From the NCBI GenBank assembly GCA_950097015.1, contig CATNEN010000007.1, positions 7,130,001-7,194,000 on the forward strand: 64,000 nucleotides of DNA, read 5' to 3'. The notes under the pieces are model-generated. The model had not been told where the DNA came from. It ran no database searches and saw only the letters and a program-made list of their open reading frames with translations. Both the position numbers and the translations under genes were made by a program. Below are positions 37,101 through 49,900 of this stretch, one piece after another (position 1 is the first letter of the stretch; each line of letters opens with the position of its first letter). Origin of the DNA: Macrostomum hystrix (Eukaryota > Animalia > Platyhelminthes).

Positions 37101-37921
37101 GGATGGTAGGATGATGGGATGGTAGGATGATGGGATGGTAGAATGATGGGATGGTAGGATGATGGGTTGGTAGGATGATGGGATGGTAGGATGATGGGAT
37201 GATAGGATGATGGGATGGTAGGATGATGGGTTGGTAGGATGATGGGATGGTAGGATGATGGGATGGTAGGATGATGGGATGGTAGGATGATGGGTTGGTA
37301 GGATGATGAGTTGGTAGGATGATGGGATGGTAGGATGAAAGGGATGGTATGAGGATGAGATAGGATGGTAGGATGATGGGATGGTAGGATGATGGGATGG
37401 TAGGATGATGGGATGGTAGGATGATGGGATGGTAGGATGAAAGGGATGGTATGAGGATGAGATAGGATGGTAGGATGATGGGATGGTAGGATGATGGGTT
37501 GGTAGGATGATGGGATGGTAGGATGATGGGATGGTAGGATGAAAGGGATGTTATGAGGATGAGATAGGATGGTAGGATGATGGGATGGTAGGATGATGGG
37601 TTGGTAGGATGATGGGATGGTAGGATGATGGGTTGGTAGGATGATGGGATGGTAGGATGATGGGATGGTAGGATGATGGGATGGTAGGAGGATGAGATGG
37701 GATGGTAGGAGGATGGGTTGGTAGGATGATGAGTTGGTAGGATGATGGGATGGTAGGATAAAAGGGATGGTATGAGGATGAGATAGGATGGTAGGATGAT
37801 GGGATGGTAGGATGATGGGATGGCAGGATGATGGGATGGTAGGATGATGGGATGGCAGGATGATGGGATGGTAGGATGATGGGATGGTAGGATGAAAGGG
37901 ATGGTAGGATGATGGGATGGT
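34138..37921. repeat. 3.8-kb purine-rich 16-bp satellite (TAGGATGATGGGATGG)n with higher-order duplication
   Basis: Periodicity is directly visible; rare variants recur 1743 bp apart. Confidence 0.97.
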
Positions 37922-39079
37922 TTGAGGATATCAACGGAATGTACAGGGCCGAATTCGGGAGAGTCAAACAAAGCCATCCACAGGGTAGGTGTGCTCAGCT
38001 GACGAGTTTGCCAGTGTCAGCACTGGATGCACATACACAGGTGCTGTCAGCGCTAAGAGGATTTTAAGTGCAAAAGTTGGCGTGCACACAGATACTCACA
38101 GACACACAAACATGCGAGGGCTGCTGAAACTTTTGTCTGACAAATATCGACCAGAATAGCTGGCTCAGTTATTTGCACAGCAACTGACAGTAGCGAGTAG
38201 CTACACCCGCCCCGTGCAGCTCAGCTCCCGTTTCGGCCATTGCACTATATGGCCAATATAGGAGCAGCGATTTCCTATTTTCTCAACTTTCAGCCAGTCT
38301 CCGGCTGTTTGGCCTTCATTCCAGCTGCTCCTGCTGCTTCTTCTCCTCCTGTCCGACTCCTCCCCATCGGATCCCCACTATCGCCATAATTAACTAACCC
38401 CTCCCCTACTCTCCTCTCCACTTTCTCCCTCTCCAGCCTCTCTCTCGCATCCCAGGGGCAGCTCAAGAGACGAACGACTTAAAGAGGAAAACAAAAAAGG
38501 AAGCGAATCAAATGTTTAGCCAGGTCCCCGGGGTCAGGCCTGGCTGTAGGACTGCTCCGAGTGGTCTCAGCGGCAGATGCTGCTCTCTCTCTCACTGTTG
38601 TTGCTAATCGAACTCCAGGGCCGGTAGTCAGGTCGCCCTCCCCGGCCTGGCCTGTCCGGGTCGATACCGGCGCCGATTAAGCGAAACCGGTGAAGTGGCT
38701 CGACAACAGCTTAACTGACAGATGTGCTTTAGATTGTGGCGAATGATGACCAATAGAACCGTTGAGGAAACACAAAACAGCTGACTTTGTGGGGCTGGGG
38801 TTCATTGGCTAACAGGAAACTGGTTAATCAAGTGACTAATTAATCAATGCATTCAAACTATAACAATTGATTACAATTGTTTTAACAGTAGAAAGGCTAC
38901 GCTATTTTTCCGACTGGGGAAAGACAACGAGGTTATTTCAAATACTCACTGCCCAATTCACGATAGGTCCCAAACCGAATGACCGATTCAGAACAAGATT
39001 TAGATTTCTTGTTGAGCAATTTCAAAATTCAAGTAGTAAAGTAATTAATAATGATATTTATAATTTATTAACGCCTGTC

Positions 39080-39590
39080 TGATCTCTCCCGACACATCTC
39101 TCCCCTGTCTCATCTCTTCCCAGTCTCATCTCTCCATGTCTTATCTCTCCCTGTCTCATCTCTTCCCTGTCTCATCTCTCCCCTGTCTCATCTCTCCCCT
39201 GTCTCATCTCTTCCCTGTCTCATCTCTTCCCTGTCTCATCTCTCCCCTGTCTCATCTCTCCCCTGTCTCATCTCTTCCCTGTCTCATCTCTCCCTGTCTC
39301 ATCTCTCCCCTGTCTCATCTCTTCCCTGACTCATCTCTCCTGACTCATATCTCCCGACACATCTCTCCCCTGACTCATCTCTTCCCTGTCTCATCTCTCC
39401 CCTGTCTCATCTCTCCCCTGTCTCATCTCTCCCCTGTCCCATCTCTTCCCTGTCTTATCTCTCCCTGTCTCATCTCTCCCCTGTCTCATCTCTTCCCTGA
39501 CTCATCTCTCCTGACTCATATCTCCCGACACATCTCTCCCCTGACTCATCTCTCCCCTGTCTCATCTCTCCCCCGTCTCATCTCTCCCGT
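39080..39590. repeat. Pyrimidine-rich ~16-17-bp minisatellite (CCCTGTCTCATCTCTY)n
   Basis: Periodicity is directly visible. Confidence 0.93.
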
Positions 39591-40666
39591 CTGACCTTTC
39601 TCGTGTCAACACCTTTCCTGTCATGTGGACTTCCCTGACCCATCTCTCCCCTGTCAATGCGGCCTGCTGTCCTTTTTTGGTTTCTCTCTTCGGCCCATGA
39701 GGAATTTAACTTTGCCGATCACTGCTCTAACCACTTGTACGAGGTATTTAACTAATCAGTAGATTGAGTGCTTCATATTTTGTTGAATGTTGCATACAAG
39801 AAGAAAAAATCGATAGGCAAACTAGAAATTTTGAGAAAATTGAATCTAAAATTTTTCGTGTTATTTTTTCAAGGCAACACGAAAATGTCCGGATGAGTTG
39901 AATGACGCGCGGCCGTCTCATTATTTGGGAAGTGGCTGGGCAGAAAGCCGTCACCCGTGCCTAACAGGCGGCCCAGATGGGATCTGAATCGAGGGGAAGG
40001 ACAGGCGAATGCAGTTAAAGTTAGAGCAGTTCTCGGCCTGTTGCTACTGCTGGATCCGGGATGGGGCGGAGGTCACGCCCCGGGCGGATAAGTTTTCCCA
40101 CACTGCATGGCTCTGCGAGTGAAAATTGCCCCCCGACGAGCCACTTCGAGCGGGGAAAATTGCATTTCTTGAAGGCGTCCGGTACCCAGTCTCCCAGCAG
40201 TGCTCAAGCTAGTTGAGCGGTGCGGAATTATCCCCCCATCCCCCCACCCAACAGCCTCCTCTGGCGGGACTCTAAGCTCCCCGTTATCCCTCCCTGACAC
40301 CCGCGGGGCCGGAGCCGGACATGAAGCCTCCGTGCAATGCGACAGGCGCACTTTTAGGACCCGTCCCGGCCACCACAGTGAAGAACAGAGAAGATCGCGC
40401 ATGTGTTAAGGCTGCCTCCACAGACTGTGGACAACTGAAGGACAACAGTGTACAATTTATTGAAGAATTATTAATTGCGTTTCCGATTTGTCGCTATTGT
40501 TAAAAAGTTGTCAATCAATACAAAAACTATTTTCGTTTTCTTCTGTCTATGTTGAATGACAGAAACGATAGCATAACAATTTAATAATTCAATGCAATGC
40601 GCTTGACGAGTGCGAAATTGGCGCTTGATGGATGGACCTGGAATATTTATAAGGGTTGATAGGTGA

Positions 40667-41095
40667 TAGGGAGCGGATGGAAGATAGTGGGGAGCGGAGG
40701 GAAAGAGAGTAGGGAGCGGAAGAAAAGAGAGTAGGGAGCGGAAGAAAAGAGAGTAGGGAGCTGAAGGAAAGAGAGTAGGGAGCGGAAGGAAAGAGGGTAG
40801 GGAGCGGATGGAAAAGCGTAGGGAACGGATGGAAAGAGAGTAGAGAGCGGATGGAAAGAAAGTAGGGAGCGGAAGAAAAGAGAGTAGAGAGCGGATGGAA
40901 AGAAAGTAGGGAGCGGAAGAAAAGAGAGTAGGGAGCGGATGGAAAGAGGGTAGGGAGCGGATGGAAAAGCGTAGGGAACGGATGGAAAGAGAGTAGAGAG
41001 CGGATGGAAAGAAAGTAGGGAGCGGAAGAAAAGAGAGTAGGGAGCGGAAGGAAAGAAAGTAGGGATCGGAAGAAAAGAGAATAGGGAGCGGATGG
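40667..41095. repeat. ~22-bp purine-rich minisatellite (GTAGGGAGCGGAAGAAAAGAGA)n
   Basis: Periodicity is directly visible. Confidence 0.92.
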
Positions 41096-41096
41096 A

Positions 41097-42133
41097 TTAG
41101 CAGTCGCAGGTCACGCGCCGAATGAGCCACAGCTGCACGGTGTCCACAATGAACTTCGGAGATGGCAGTTTCTCATCCTCCGGCAGAGCGCCATTCCTAG
41201 CGCTGATCGTCAGAGCCGACAGATTGTTGATGAGTACGGAGAGGCCAATATCCGGATTCTTCAGGCCAGCCGCAATGCTCACTTTAACGTCAGTGGCATC
41301 GAATGCGCGAAGGATTTCACGGCGCACGTACCATGCATAGTCCTCCAGATCTAATCCTTGAGCGTAGCGGATCACCACCGACAGCGGCGCCTTGTCGCGC
41401 GACATCCGCTGGCTGTCTGCTGGCTGTCCTTTAGCTGTCTGCTGGCTGTCCTTTAGCTGTCTGCTGGCTGTCCTTTAGCTGTCTGCTGGCTGTCCTTTAG
41501 CTGTCTGCTGGCTGTCCTTTAGCTGTCTGCTGGCTGTCCTTTAGCTGTCTGCTGGCTGTCCTTTAGCTGTCTGCTGGCTGTCCTTTAGCTGTCTGCTGGC
41601 TGTCCTTTAGCTGTCTGCTGGCTGTCCTTTAGCTGTCTGCTGGCTGTCCTTTAGCTGTCTGCTGGCTGTCCTTTAGCTGTCTGCTGGTTGTCTAATATTA
41701 GTTAGTTAGTTAGTTAATATTAGTTGTCTAATACGAGTATATAAATTGATTTAAGTAGATATTGTAGATCTTTAATAATTCTGCATAAAATGACGACTAG
41801 AGTTATGAGTCGTCAGGCAACTGTTAAAATATTTTTGTCATCAAGTTTCATCTCTCAAGGCCACAGACAACTGAGTTTCTCAATAATCTTGCTAGTTGTT
41901 TAGTTTTTATAGCCGCACGCGCACGTTTCTACTGTGAGTAGACTGTCACTAACTCGCGCCAATCTGAACCAATCCTGAATTAGGTAATGCCGCTGAAATT
42001 CTTCTCCTCCAAGGACGGCAAGGAGCACGGCAAGGACCACAGAGGTCGGGACGACAGCGAAATTGATTTGGCTGAGAAGGCTGAGAAATTCTGTGAGTCC
42101 TTGCCATGGGTTATGGGTTATTGACAATTTCAT
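41097..42133 (-). CDS. Putative small two-exon orphan gene (~163 aa) with a hydrophobic N-terminal segment
   Basis: Candidate exons 42133-41954 (MKLS...VVLAVLLAVLGGEEF...RLAR|gttagt) and 41408-41097 (RMSRDKAPLSVVIRYAQGLDLEDYAWYVRREILRAF...). The second exon is GC-rich, unique and protein-like. No recognised family. Confidence 0.4.
41409..41692. repeat. 22-bp minisatellite (GCTGTCTGCTGGCTGTCCTTTA)n
   Basis: Near-perfect periodicity. Confidence 0.96.
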
Positions 42134-43077
42134 TTCGTTTGTAACTAAAAAACCGTAACAAATAAAGAGAAAAAATCTCATTCCGTATTGAATGCCCGGA
42201 CAGTGTTTTATGTAAATTAGAACTTTATTTCGAAATATGTAGCTTTGATCAGTTAATTTGTTCATACTTAACTTTTCCGCCAGCTGATCGCTAACCGAAT
42301 TTTAATCAGCATCCTCAAATCTAATTGAGAAGCAATATTCAACCGACCTGTGGTCTCGCAACCGCATTAATTATTTGCGGGTTCAATGCGTGCATTTGAT
42401 TTCAATTAATCTAATTTTAACTAAAAGTACATTCCTAGAAAAATTTGCCTCAGCGTATTCTAAAAATGCACTTTAGCTTCTGACGATAATGATGCATATT
42501 GCATAGTGCCAGTAAGTGAAGAAGTGAGTGGCTATGCGCTGACAATTTATAGGGCAAATTATTTATAACACTGGCTGTTCATTGGCTCAATTGGCCTCGT
42601 CAGATAATCAACTCGCTCTGCTCTGTCTCTCTGTCTCTCTCTGTCTCTCTGTCTCTCTCTGTCTCTCTGTTTCGCCTCTCATGGATTGGCCCAGAAACAG
42701 AGCAGCGGGACACTGGGAGGGGGGCGTCGATCTCCCAACAAACGAGCCACGGGCGGTTGGGGGGATTAAGCTGGACCAATTCTGCACACTCACGTCAATC
42801 CGCTCCGAAGAGGCTCCCGTGAATTCCCAATCCCAGACTCCACCGCCCATTCAGCTCCCTCCGCTTAAGACCTAATCCCCTTCGCCAGATCCTCTCTAGA
42901 CTGAATTTTTTCCCCGCTGAAAAGCGCCGCTTTCAGTTCATCGTTATATTTTTTCCCCTGCTCCTGAGAATTCTCAACGAGCAAATCACATCCCGGCCCG
43001 ACTATGAAGGACAAGGACAAGGTCAAGTCTTGGTGTAAGTGAACCAGTCTTTGTTATACCAGGGTGCGATGACTTTG

Positions 43078-43470
43078 AAACAGTAGAAGGACTCGCTATT
43101 TTATCCCCAGGGGATATTCAGTGATTTTTGTCGAAGATCCTTGTTGACAAGGACAGATAACATAGCTCTGTGTAAACCTCTTTGGCGAATCCATATTGGC
43201 GGTTCAAAAGTGTATAAATTAATAATATAATCAATACAACATGATCAACAATAGTAGCCCACTTGATTACAATGTTAAAAAGTTGTGCCACCAGACACCT
43301 TCAACGAGAATCGTTGAATATCTCGACGATGCCGATGATTTGTGATTCTGGAGGTTGTTTCGTCGGATAGAGCGGATAACTTTAGCCCGTGCTCAGGATT
43401 TTCAGGGCGATTGGTTTAAATGTTTGAGGAGGTTAAGAAAAATTGTTGGCATTTGAAATAGCCCCGATGT
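43078..43470 (-). mobile_element. MITE family B copy
   Basis: AACAGTAGAAGG at the left end; 43280-43470 is an inverted homolog of 25830-26010. Confidence 0.55.
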
Positions 43471-43706
43471 TATGTTAATTTAGTTTTTGTTGAGTGCTTA
43501 TGAATATTTCAACTGCTAATCTTCCAACTGAAGATTAGGAAAGTGACTGGCATATGAAGGTCTGAGACGTATTAACAACGGCTTATCAATGCCTCCATAC
43601 GCTAACACCTTTGCGGAGGGAATAAATCCTCCTGGAGGGAAGAAAATGGCCTCGAACTGCAGACCGCAGGCGCAAATGGGCGTGCGAATTCATCGATGCG
43701 ATGGGC

Positions 43707-43708
<2 letters not shown>

Positions 43709-43759
<51 letters not shown>

Positions 43760-43778
43760 GCTGCTGCTGCTGCTGCTG
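43709..43778. repeat. (GCT/CAG)n trinucleotide tract, ~23 units
   Basis: Directly visible. Confidence 0.95.
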
Positions 43779-43973
43779 ACTAATTCGATTAACCATGCCA
43801 GACCTGCCAGACTAGCAGCTCGTAGGCTGCCTGTTTTTGTGTTTCTCTCATCCAAGTTCTAGGAGCTGCAGAAATAGGGATATTCAATATGGTCGAATTT
43901 ATACTGACTTTGCAGATAACATGGCCATGGAAAAGTGCATTTTAGATTAAAGATCACTGAGGGACTATAATTA

Positions 43974-46900
43974 AGACTGCAGTGACTGTAAACTGTGAGA
44001 CTGTAGTGACTGCAAACTGTGAGACTGTAGTGACTGCAAACTGTGAGACTCCAAACTGTGAGACTGTAGTGACTGCAAACTGTGAGACTGTAGTGACTGC
44101 AAACTGTGAGACTGTAGTGACTGCAAACTGTGAGACTCCAGTGACTGCAAACTGTGAGACTGTAGTGACTGCAAACTGTGAGACTGTAGTGACTGCAAAC
44201 TGTGAGACTGTAGTGACTGCAAACTGTGAGACTGTAGTGACTGCAAACTGTGAGACTCCAAACTGTGAGACTGCGGTGACTGCAAACTGTGAGACTGTAG
44301 TGACTGCAAACTGTGAGACTGTAGTGACTGTAAACTGTGAGACTGTAGTGACTGCAAACTGTGAGACTGTAGTGACTGCAAACTGTGAGACTGTAGTGAC
44401 TGCAAACTGTGAGACTGCAGTGACTGCAAACTGTGAGACTGCAGTGACTGCAAACTGTGAGACTCCAAACTGTGAGACTGCGGTGACTGTAAACTGTGAG
44501 ACTGTAGTGACTGCAAACTGTGAGACTGTAGTGACTGCAAACTGTGAGACTCCAAACTGTGAGACTGTAGTGACTGCAAACTGTGAGACTGTAGTGACTG
44601 CAAACTGTGAGACTGTAGTGACTGCAAACTGTGAGACTCCAGTGACTGCAAACTGTGAGACTGTAGTGACTGCAAACTGTGAGACTGTAGTGACTGCAAA
44701 CTGTGAGACTGTAGTGACTGCAAACTGTGAGACTGTAGTGACTGCAAACTGTGAGACTCCAAACTGTGAGACTGCGGTGACTGCAAACTGTGAGACTGTA
44801 GTGACTGCAAACTGTGAGACTGTAGTGACTGTAAACTGTGAGACTGTAGTGACTGCAAACTGTGAGACTGTAGTGACTGCAAACTGTGAGACTGTAGTGA
44901 CTGCAAACTGTGAGACTGCAGTGACTGCAAACTGTGAGACTGCAGTGACTGCAAACTGTGAGACTCCAAACTGTGAGACTGCGGTGACTGTAAACTGTGA
45001 GACTGTAGTGACTGCAAACTGTGAGACTGTAGTGACTGCAAACTGTGAGACTGTAGTGACTGCAAACTGTGAGACTGCGGTGACTGCAAACTGTGAGACT
45101 GTAGTGACTGCAAACTGTGAGACTGCAGTGACTGCAAACTGTGAGACTCCAGTGACTGCAAACTGTGAGACTGCAGTGACTGCAAACTGTGAGACTGTAG
45201 TGACTGTAAACTGTGAGACTGCAGTGACTGTAAACTGTGAGACTGCAGTGACTGTAAACTGTGAGACTGCAGTGACTGTAAACTGTGAGCCTGCAGTGAC
45301 TGCAAACTGTGAGACTGCAGTGACTGCAAACTGTGAGACTGCAGTGACTGCAAACTGTGAGACTGTAGTGACTGCAAACTGTGAGACTGCAGTGACTGCA
45401 AACTGTGAGACTGCAGTGACTGTAAACTGTGAGACTGTAGTTACTGCAAACTGTGAGACTGTAGTGACTGCAAACTGTGAGACTGTAGTGACTGCAAACT
45501 GTGAGACTGCGGTGACTGCAAACTGTGAGACTGTAGTGACTGCAAACTGTGAGACTGCAGTGACTGTAAACTGTGAGACTGTAGTGACTGCAAACTGTGA
45601 GACTGCGGTGACTGCAAACTGTGAGACTGTAGTGACTGCAAACTGTGAGACTGCAGTGACTGCAAACTGTGAGACTGCAGTGACTGTAAACTGTGAGACT
45701 CCAAACTGTGAGACTGCGGTGACTGTAAACTGTGAGACTGTAGTGACTGCAAACTGTGAGACTGTAGTGACTGCAAACTGTGAGACTCTAGTGACTGCAA
45801 ACTGTGAGACTGCGGTGACTGCAAACTGTGAGACTGTAGTGACTGCAAACTGTGAGACTGCAGTGACTGCAAACTGTGAGACTGCAGTGACTGTAAACTG
45901 TGAGACTGCAGTGACTGCAAACTGTGAGACTGCAGTGACTGCAAACTGTGAGACTGCAGTGACTGTAAACTGTGAGACTGCAGTGACTGTAAACTGTGAG
46001 CCTGCAGTGACTGCAAACTGTGAGACTGCAGTGACTGCAAACTGTGAGACTGCAGTGACTGCAAACTGTGAGACTGTAGTGACTGCAAACTGTGAGACTG
46101 CAGTGACTGCAAACTGTGAGACTGTAGTGACTGCAAACTGTGAGACTGCGGTGACTGCAAACTGTGAGACTGTAGTGACTGCAAACTGTGAGACTGCAGT
46201 GACTGCAAACTGTGAGACTCCAGTGACTGCAAACTGTGAGACTGCAGTGACTGCAAACTGTGAGACTGTAGTGACTGTAAACTGTGAGACTGCAGTGACT
46301 GTAAACTGTGAGACTGCAGTGACTGTAAACTGTGAGACTGCAGTGACTGTAAACTGTGAGCCTGCAGTGACTGCAAACTGTAAGACTGCAGTGACTGCAA
46401 ACTGTGAGACTGTAGTGACTGCAAACTGTGAGACTGTAGTGACTGCAAACTGTGAGACTGTAGTGACTGCAAACTGTGAGACTCCAAACTGTGAGACTGC
46501 GGTGACTGCAAACTGTGAGACTGTAGTGACTGCAAACTGTGAGACTGTAGTGACTGCAAACTGTGAGACTGTAGTGACTGCAAACTGTGAGACTGTAGTG
46601 ACTGCAAACTGTGAGACTGTAGTGACTGCAAACTGTGAGACTGTAGTGACTGCAAACTGTGAGACTCCAAACTGTGAGACTGCGGTGACTGCAAACTGTG
46701 AGACTGTAGTGACTGCAAACTGTGAGACTGCAGTGACTGCAAACTGTGAGACTGCAGTGACTGCAAACTGTGAGACTCCAAACTGTGAGACTGCGGTGAC
46801 TGTAAACTGTGAGACTGTAGTGACTGCAAACTGTGAGACTGTAGTGACTGCAAACTGTGAGACTGTAGTGACTGCAAACTGTGAGACTGCGGTGACTGTA

Positions 46901-49900
46901 AACTGTGAGCCTGCAGTGACTGCAAACTGTGAGACTGCAGTGACTGCAAACTGTGAGACTGCAGTGACTGCAAACTGTGAGACTGTAGTGACTGCAAACT
47001 GTGAGACTGCAGTGACTGCAAACTGTGAGACTGCAGTGACTGTAAACTGTGAGACTGTAGTGACTGCAAACTGTGAGACTGTAGTGACTGCAAACTGTGA
47101 GACTGCAGTGACTGCAAACTGTGAGACTGTAGTGACTGCAAACTGTGAGACTGCAGTGACTGCAAACTGTGAGACTGCAGTGACTGCAAACTGTGAGACT
47201 CCAAACTGTGAGACTGCGGTGACTGTAAACTGTGAGACTGTAGTGACTGCAAACTGTGAGACTGTAGTGACTGCAAACTGTGAGACTGTAGTGACTGCAA
47301 ACTGTGAGACTCCAGTGACTGCAAACTGTGAGACTGTAGTGACTGCAAACTGTGAGACTGTAGTGACTGCAAACTGTGAGACTGTAGTGACTGCAAACTG
47401 TGAGACTGTAGTGACTGCAAACTGTGAGACTCCAAACTGTGAGACTGCGGTGACTGTAAACTGTGAGACTGTAGTGACTGCAAACTGTGAGACTGTAGTG
47501 ACTGCAAACTGTGAGACTGTAGTGACTGCAAACTGTGAGACTGCGGTGACTGCAAACTGTGAGACTGTAGTGACTGCAAACTGTGAGACTGCAGTGACTG
47601 CAAACTGTGAGACTCCAGTGACTGCAAACTGTGAGACTGTAGTGACTGCAAACTGTGAGACTGCGGTGACTGCAAACTGTGAGACTGTAGTGACTGCAAA
47701 CTGTGAGACTGCAGTGACTGCAAACTGTGAGACTCCAGTGACTGCAAACTGTGAGACTGCGGTGACTGTAAACTGTGAGACTGTAGTGACTGCAAACTGT
47801 GAGACTGTAGTGACTGCAAACTGTGAGACTGCGGTGACTGCAAACTGTGAGACTGTAGTGACTGCAAACTGTGAGACTGTAGTGACTGTAAACTGTGAGA
47901 CTGTAGTGACTGCAAACTGTGAGACTGTAGTGACTGCAAACTGTGAGACTGTAGTGACTGCAAACTGTGAGACTGCAGTGACTGCAAACTGTGAGACTGC
48001 AGTGACTGCAAACTGTGAGACTCCAAACTGTGAGACTGCGGTGACTGTAAACTGTGAGACTGTAGTGACTGCAAACTGTGAGACTGTAGTGACTGCAAAC
48101 TGTGAGACTGTAGTGACTGCAAACTGTGAGACTGCGGTGACTGCAAACTGTGAGACTGTAGTGACTGCAAACTGTGAGACTGCAGTGACTGCAAACTGTG
48201 AGACTCCAGTGACTGCAAACTGTGAGACTGCAGTGACTGCAAACTGTGAGACTGTAGTGACTGTAAACTGTGAGACTGCAGTGACTGTAAACTGTGAGAC
48301 TGCAGTGACTGTAAACTGTGAGACTGCAGTGACTGTAAACTGTGAGCCTGCAGTGACTGCAAACTGTGAGACTGCAGTGACTGCAAACTGTGAGACTGCA
48401 GTGACTGCAAACTGTGAGACTGTAGTGACTGCAAACTGTGAGACTGCAGTGACTGCAAACTGTGAGACTGCAGTGACTGTAAACTGTGAGACTGTAGTTA
48501 CTGCAAACTGTGAGACTGTAGTGACTGCAAACTGTGAGACTGTAGTGACTGCAAACTGTGAGACTGCGGTGACTGCAAACTGTGAGACTGTAGTGACTGC
48601 AAACTGTGAGACTGCAGTGACTGTAAACTGTGAGACTGTAGTGACTGCAAACTGTGAGACTGCGGTGACTGCAAACTGTGAGACTGTAGTGACTGCAAAC
48701 TGTGAGACTGCAGTGACTGCAAACTGTGAGACTGCAGTGACTGTAAACTGTGAGACTCCAAACTGTGAGACTGCGGTGACTGTAAACTGTGAGACTGTAG
48801 TGACTGCAAACTGTGAGACTGTAGTGACTGCAAACTGTGAGACTCTAGTGACTGCAAACTGTGAGACTGCGGTGACTGCAAACTGTGAGACTGTAGTGAC
48901 TGCAAACTGTGAGACTGCAGTGACTGCAAACTGTGAGACTCCAGTGACTGCAAACTGTGAGACTGCAGTGACTGCAAACTGTGAGACTGCAGTGACTGCA
49001 AACTGTGAGACTGCAGTGACTGTAAACTGTGAGACTGCAGTGACTGTAAACTGTGAGCCTGCAGTGACTGCAAACTGTGAGACTGCAGTGACTGCAAACT
49101 GTGAGACTGCAGTGACTGCAAACTGTGAGACTGTAGTGACTGCAAACTGTGAGACTGCAGTGACTGCAAACTGTGAGACTGTAGTGACTGCAAACTGTGA
49201 GACTGCGGTGACTGCAAACTGTGAGACTGTAGTGACTGCAAACTGTGAGACTGCAGTGACTGCAAACTGTGAGACTCCAGTGACTGCAAACTGTGAGACT
49301 GCAGTGACTGCAAACTGTGAGACTGTAGTGACTGTAAACTGTGAGACTGCAGTGACTGTAAACTGTGAGACTGCAGTGACTGTAAACTGTGAGACTGCAG
49401 TGACTGTAAACTGTGAGCCTGCAGTGACTGCAAACTGTAAGACTGCAGTGACTGCAAACTGTGAGACTGTAGTGACTGCAAACTGTGAGACTGTAGTGAC
49501 TGCAAACTGTGAGACTGTAGTGACTGCAAACTGTGAGACTCCAAACTGTGAGACTGCGGTGACTGCAAACTGTGAGACTGTAGTGACTGCAAACTGTGAG
49601 ACTGTAGTGACTGCAAACTGTGAGACTGTAGTGACTGCAAACTGTGAGACTGTAGTGACTGCAAACTGTGAGACTGTAGTGACTGCAAACTGTGAGACTG
49701 TAGTGACTGCAAACTGTGAGACTGCAGTGACTGCAAACTGTGAGACTCCAAACTGTGAGACTGCGGTGACTGTAAACTGTGAGACTGTAGTGACTGCAAA
49801 CTGTGAGACTGTAGTGACTGCAAACTGTGAGACTGTAGTGACTGCAAACTGTGAGACTCCAGTGACTGCAAACTGTGAGACTGTAGTGACTGCAAACTGT

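Noticed and set aside
34135-37977. 1280-aa His/Pro/Ile-rich ORF
   Set aside because: The minus strand of the C-free satellite rarely forms stop codons, and the 16-bp unit cycles through all frames.
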